A program made the position numbers and the translations under genes. Shown here in pieces: positions 6,798 to 10,627 of a stretch of 10,627 nucleotides of DNA (positions are counted from its first letter, which is position 1; every line of letters starts with the position of its first letter). This stretch comes from Candidatus Iainarchaeum sp. (GTDB taxonomy: Archaea > Iainarchaeota > Iainarchaeia > Iainarchaeales > CSSED10-239), in assembly GCA_028700115.1 (NCBI GenBank), contig JAQVTI010000019.1, forward strand, positions 1 to 10,627, written 5' to 3'. The notes under the pieces are model-generated. The model was not told the origin of the DNA and made no database searches. It saw nothing but the letters and a program-made list of their open reading frames with translations.

Positions 6798-9700
6798 TTT
6801 ATAAACATCTCCGACAAAATTACTTCTTTAGGCCCTTCAATATTTCCTGAAAAACTTGCATAAGTCTCTTTAAAAAATTCAGAATGTTCTGGAATAATCA
6901 CTCTAATTTTTGCAAGTATTTTTATAGGATTAATGTCTTCCTTTTTAATTGCATCATTTAATTTTTGAAGTGTTTTTTTTGTTATCGAACCATTTTGAAT
7001 TAAATTTAATATACTTCTTAAATATTCTTCATCATCATCAGTTAATCCTATGGGTTTTTTTATCATCGCCTTTATTACAGCTTTAATTTTTCCTTCATGA
7101 CCTCTATTTCCTAAATTTTGAGCATCAACCTCTTTAACAAAGAAATCTGAAAATTCTTTTTTGTTTTGCTCTAATAATTTATAAAAATCATCATTTAATT
7201 TCATTTTTTTATCTAATTTTGTTGCACAAAGTAAATTAACTGCTTCAGAAAAATCAATCTCATTAATAATACCCTCATTATTATAATATAATTTTCGCAA
7301 TTTCCCTTTTTTAAAAAAAGTAAACAATCCAAACATACCTTCTTTTTTCCTACCAGTTCTTGATTTTTTTGGAAGTCTCTTTATTTTTTCAAATAATTCT
7401 GAATCAGTATCTCTAATATCTCGTAATTTTAAAAGCCATTCTAATTCAGAATCTTCCGTTGCATCTTCTCCAGTTACAATTTCTTTAGAATTTAATCTTC
7501 TAAATAATTCATGAGATTTAATCTCTTCATCTGTCAATAATTTTGCATCAGCACCAAGCATTTCTATAAATGATTGAATTTTTACCTCTGCAGCTTCAGT
7601 CAATCCCATTTGATCATTTATCGGGCCTGCGGGAAAAAGATTATAAGTATAAATTTCATCAAAAGGAAGATTTTTTCCAACTCTATTAATACGACCAACT
7701 CTTTGCATCATTCTTATAGGATTCCAGGGTATATCGTAATTTATTACAACATTTGACCTATTTAAATTCACCCCTTCTGACAATATTTCAGTAGTTACTA
7801 AAATTCTGACATCGTTTTTCTTTATTCTTGAAGCAGGATCAAAATTTTCTATAATTCTCTCTCTTATTGATTCTCCTGATGTACTTGAATAAGCTAAAAC
7901 TTGATTACTAAAAATGGGATTTAGCTTTGATTCAAGATATTCAGCAGTTTCTTTTGATTCAGTAAAAACAATCAATTTATTTTTTTTAAGATGTTTATTC
8001 TTCTTTAGAACCTTAATAAATTCTTCAAGTTTTGGATCCGTCTCAACATTCCGCCACATTGCTTCAATTTCATTTAAAATTTTTACGTCTGATTTTAAAT
8101 CTTCAATAAAATCTTTATTAAATTTATCTGCAGGTTCTTTTTTTGCTTTTTCTGCATCTATTAATTTGTCAACAGCATCAATATCATCATCTTCTAATAA
8201 TTCAAAAACTTTAGATGTATATTTTTCGCTGATAAAAACATAACCCTTTTCGTATTCTTCTAAAAATCTTTTATATGAATAAATAAATCGTGAAATTGAT
8301 TTTTTAAAAGCATAAAAACTACTTTCTAATCTTTTTAATAGCAAAATTTTCATCCATCGCCCCATGTTTCTTTGTGGGGTCTGTTGATTTTCAGGAAGCT
8401 CTTCCTTTAAATAAAGTAATGGTGTATAACGAGAATATTTAAAATCCTTTACAACTAATTTTAACGTCTTATTAAAAATATCGTCAACATCATCTGAAAA
8501 ATTATATATTACTGCTTCAGGTTCTTTTACTTTTGGGAAAACCAATTTTTGTTTTTTTAGATCTTTACTATAATATTTATCAATAATTGTTCTTGTTCTT
8601 CTAACCATTAAATATTGTAAAACATTATCTCTAATATCTTGAGCATTTTCTTTTACAACTTTTAAATATTCTTCTTTATTATTTTGTCTATGAAGAGTTT
8701 TTAATTTAGCCTGTAATCCTTTAAAATATTTCTCCAAATCTCTTACTTTAGGATTTGGAAGCGTAGATTTATGTGAATTTTGAAATAATTTAATTAAAGC
8801 TAAAATATCCTGAGGAGTATTGTTTAAAGGGGTCGCAGTTACTAATATTACTCTTTTCCCTCTGCAGATTTTATATAATTGTTCGTACATTTGTGTTGAT
8901 TCTGTTCTAAATCTATGGGCTTCATCAATAATTACATTTCGATATTTATCTGTGCCTCTTTTTAAAACTTGATCTAATTTACCAATAGATTCAAATTCTG
9001 CTTTATTAACCCCAAATTCAAAAAAAGCATTTTTCCAAGAACCGGGATTATTTTTATCTAAAAGAATTGGTGGCGCTAAAACTAATGTCCCACCGTCCAA
9101 TTGTTGAGCAAGCATAGTAGTCATAAATGTTTTTCCAAGACCCACAACATCAGAAATAAAAACACCACCATACTCTTCAAGTTTCATTTTAGCATCTCTA
9201 ACAGCATCCTTTTGATATTCTAACTCCATAAAATTTTCTGGTTTATATTCATTTCTTATTTCTTCTTGATCTAATTGGATTTTATCTTTAAGAAATTCAT
9301 ATAAAAATTTCAAAAATAATTCATAAGGAGGTATTTCATCATTAAGCCATGTATTAGTTTTTATAATTTCAACATACTCTTTAGACACATCTATGGAATT
9401 ATCCCATAACTCATTAAACTTATTTAATGCATAATCATAATCTCTACTGTCTTTAAGTTCTACATTAAACTCTAAATTGTCTTTTAGTCCTGCTTGCGTA
9501 AAATTACTAGAACCTGTAATTACTCTCCCTTTATCTCCAAAGCCCCCGCCATTTGAAGTCATAATATATAATTTTGCATGAATTCGTCCAGTAGGATAAA
9601 CACGAATTTCTAATTTCTTTGATTTAAGCCACTCTATAAATTTTAAAATACCTTCTTCAATATTTTTTGAATCTTTAGAATTATTCATTTCTTCAACAAC

Positions 9701-9994
9701 TTTTTCTGAAAATTGAATTTTTGCTTCTTTACTTGAAAGCCCTAATTGTTGTTGGAGATTAGAATGTTCAGCTTCTTGAATTAAATCAAAAGTCTTATTA
9801 TCTGTGCTAATTCCAATTAAAATCCGTATTTTTTCTGTTGTTTCAAAAGATTTATACATTTCATAAAATCCACTAGTATAAAAATATCCAACTAAACAAT
9901 CAAAAAACTTAGTTCCTTTTGTAAGAACATTAAAACGATCTATAAGCTTGTGCCCATCTTCATTTGTTATGAATTTTGTGTCTGTAGAATTCAT
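6794..9994 (-). CDS. Fusion protein: N-terminal PLD-family (single HKD) nuclease domain plus SNF2-like SF2 helicase/translocase; first gene of the operon
   Basis: ORF track, 1066 aa. The HKD-type motif is RIHAKLYIMTSNGGGFGDKGRVITGSSNFT (H139, K141, GSSN 161-164; nt 9503..9580). Helicase motifs: I GLGKT (9128..9142), Ia LVLAPP, II DEAH (8915..8926), III LVTATPLNN, SNF2-typical YLMVRRTR, V TTEILSEGVNL, VI QRVGRINRVG (7676..7705). The last ~275 aa contain no motif I recognise. Confidence 0.85.
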   Translation of the reverse strand: MNSTDTKFITNEDGHKLIDRFNVLTKGTKFFDCLVGYFYTSGFYEMYKSFETTEKIRILIGISTDNKTFDLIQEAEHSNLQQQLGLSSKEAKIQFSEKVVEEMNNSKDSKNIEEGILKFIEWLKSKKLEIRVYPTGRIHAKLYIMTSNGGGFGDKGRVITGSSNFTQAGLKDNLEFNVELKDSRDYDYALNKFNELWDNSIDVSKEYVEIIKTNTWLNDEIPPYELFLKFLYEFLKDKIQLDQEEIRNEYKPENFMELEYQKDAVRDAKMKLEEYGGVFISDVVGLGKTFMTTMLAQQLDGGTLVLAPPILLDKNNPGSWKNAFFEFGVNKAEFESIGKLDQVLKRGTDKYRNVIIDEAHRFRTESTQMYEQLYKICRGKRVILVTATPLNNTPQDILALIKLFQNSHKSTLPNPKVRDLEKYFKGLQAKLKTLHRQNNKEEYLKVVKENAQDIRDNVLQYLMVRRTRTIIDKYYSKDLKKQKLVFPKVKEPEAVIYNFSDDVDDIFNKTLKLVVKDFKYSRYTPLLYLKEELPENQQTPQRNMGRWMKILLLKRLESSFYAFKKSISRFIYSYKRFLEEYEKGYVFISEKYTSKVFELLEDDDIDAVDKLIDAEKAKKEPADKFNKDFIEDLKSDVKILNEIEAMWRNVETDPKLEEFIKVLKKNKHLKKNKLIVFTESKETAEYLESKLNPIFSNQVLAYSSTSGESIRERIIENFDPASRIKKNDVRILVTTEILSEGVNLNRSNVVINYDIPWNPIRMMQRVGRINRVGKNLPFDEIYTYNLFPAGPINDQMGLTEAAEVKIQSFIEMLGADAKLLTDEEIKSHELFRRLNSKEIVTGEDATEDSELEWLLKLRDIRDTDSELFEKIKRLPKKSRTGRKKEGMFGLFTFFKKGKLRKLYYNNEGIINEIDFSEAVNLLCATKLDKKMKLNDDFYKLLEQNKKEFSDFFVKEVDAQNLGNRGHEGKIKAVIKAMIKKPIGLTDDDEEYLRSILNLIQNGSITKKTLQKLNDAIKKEDINPIKILAKIRVIIPEHSEFFKETYASFSGNIEGPKEVILSEMFIK

Positions 9995-10028
9995 ATTTAA
10001 TCCAATTTAATAAAATATATTTTAGTAT

Positions 10029-10057
10029 ATTATATTAGAACATAATACTTTAAAAAA
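10029..10057 (-). promoter_or_regulatory. Candidate sigma70-type promoter for the four-gene operon
   Basis: The minus strand reads a perfect -10 TATAAT at 10034..10029, 35 nt upstream of the ATG at 9994. The -35 region (about 10052..10057) is only a T-run and matches TTGACA poorly. Such hexamers arise easily in AT-rich DNA. Read-through from the upstream phosphoesterase gene (69-bp gap) is equally possible. Confidence 0.3.
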
Positions 10058-10063
10058 GGATAA

Positions 10064-10627
10064 TTATAGTTGATCTAGTTTATTTAATATTTCTCTATCT
10101 TCATAATAGTGTTCAGATTGATCTTGTGTGTAGTGGGCCGAGATTGTAGGATATTCAATATCTGGATTGTTTTTTGATTTTTCATTATATAACCCGTTAT
10201 AATTCTTTACATGACCATGAACATGTAGTTTAAAATTAAATCTCTCTTTAAACATAGTTATATCATAACTACCTAAATATGTAAATTTATTTGTACTAGG
10301 ATGATGTGATATAAAAATGGTATTTCTTGCTAATTTAGATAAATTAGATAGGCTAGGTTTATGCTCCGGTTTTAAAAACAAATTATAATAACATTTACAT
10401 TCAGAATCGCTTTTTTGAGATATTCTATTTACCCCAGTAACATAAATTTTAGATCCTAATTGTATTAATTCTAAATCGTTTGGAAAATAAATATATTCAT
10501 TAATTTTTTTCCCATTAGGGAAAATAAATTCTTTGCTTATTTCAGAATCATGATTCCCTTTATAACAGATTATAGGAATACCTAATTTATTACAATTTAC
10601 CATAAATTCATAAAAATCAGCTATTCT
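10064..10627 (-). CDS. Calcineurin-like metallophosphoesterase; the 5' end (N-terminus) lies outside the window
   Basis: ORF track, 179 aa from an internal Met. The frame stays open to the window edge (RIADFYEF precedes MVNCNK), so the true start is upstream. Motifs: GNHD (10547..10558), FISHHP, and LHVHGHV (GH-type metal motif). The first two family motifs (DxH, GD) would lie beyond position 10627. Confidence 0.6.
   Translation of the reverse strand, partial: RIADFYEFMVNCNKLGIPIICYKGNHDSEISKEFIFPNGKKINEYIYFPNDLELIQLGSKIYVTGVNRISQKSDSECKCYYNLFLKPEHKPSLSNLSKLARNTIFISHHPSTNKFTYLGSYDITMFKERFNFKLHVHGHVKNYNGLYNEKSKNNPDIEYPTISAHYTQDQSEHYYEDREILNKLDQL

Noticed and set aside
6411-8243. Plus-strand ORFs 6411..6599, 7574..7756 and 7914..8243 from the track
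   Set aside because: All three are nested antisense within the COG2865-type and helicase genes. They are short, F/S/I-rich, and lack RBS or motifs. They are shadow ORFs.
1406-9994. Assignment of the operon to DISARM, BREX, Type I, Type III or Type ISP restriction-modification
   Set aside because: DISARM is excluded because no DrmA or DrmB (DUF1998) is in the window. BREX is excluded because no PglZ, BrxC or BrxL is present. Type I is excluded because there is no separate HsdS or HsdR, and the methyltransferase carries its own TRD. Type III is excluded because the methyltransferase is an Eco57I/PglX-like gamma class, and the helicase is SNF2-like with PLD rather than Res with PD-ExK. Type ISP is excluded because the functions are split over four proteins and use a different nuclease. 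The similarities are kept only as comparators.
1268-10045. Inverted 10-12-nt match (TCATGTTCTAAT at 1268..1279 versus ATTAGAACATAA at 10034..10045) bracketing the operon, as possible terminal inverted repeats of a mobile cassette
   Set aside because: My rough estimate is that a 10-nt match between two AT-rich intergenic regions of these sizes is about what chance predicts. There are no flanking direct repeats and no transposase or integrase in the window.
1-10627. CRISPR arrays, tRNA/rRNA genes, alternative genetic code
   Set aside because: There are no regularly spaced direct repeats and no GC-rich structured segments of tRNA or rRNA type. TGA terminates three well-supported genes exactly at ATGA junctions, so TGA is a stop and a code 4 reading is unnecessary.

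Overview
The window is very AT-rich (by eye well under one-third G+C; proteins are rich in K, N, I and E). Every credible gene lies on the minus strand. TGA and TAA both act as stops, so the standard bacterial/archaeal code applies, not a Mycoplasma-type code. I cannot name the organism.

I support six genes. (1) 1..1054 is a P-loop ATPase of the AAA_21/AAA_15 type. It is absent from the ORF track because it runs off the left edge. (2-5) 1406..9994 is a four-gene operon in which all three junctions are 4-nt ATGA stop/start overlaps. Its products, in transcription order, are a 1066-aa fusion of a single-HKD PLD nuclease domain to an SNF2-like helicase, a 444-aa COG2865-type protein (AlbA_2/Schlafen-like domain, RecG-C-like HATPase_c_4 domain, winged HTH), a 1140-aa Eco57I/PglX-like gamma-class N6-adenine DNA methyltransferase with a TaqI_C-like specificity domain, and a 213-aa protein with a PD-(D/E)xK nuclease signature. 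(6) 10064..10627 is a calcineurin-like metallophosphoesterase whose N-terminus lies beyond the right edge.

The main result is the four-gene operon. It looks like a methylation-based, translocase-driven defence system carrying two unrelated nuclease folds. It borrows parts seen in class 1 DISARM, Type ISP restriction enzymes and BREX PglX, but lacks the core genes that define any of them. I flag it as a candidate undescribed restriction-modification-like system.

I found no rRNA, tRNA, CRISPR array, integrase or transposase. All plus-strand ORFs in the track look like antisense shadows.
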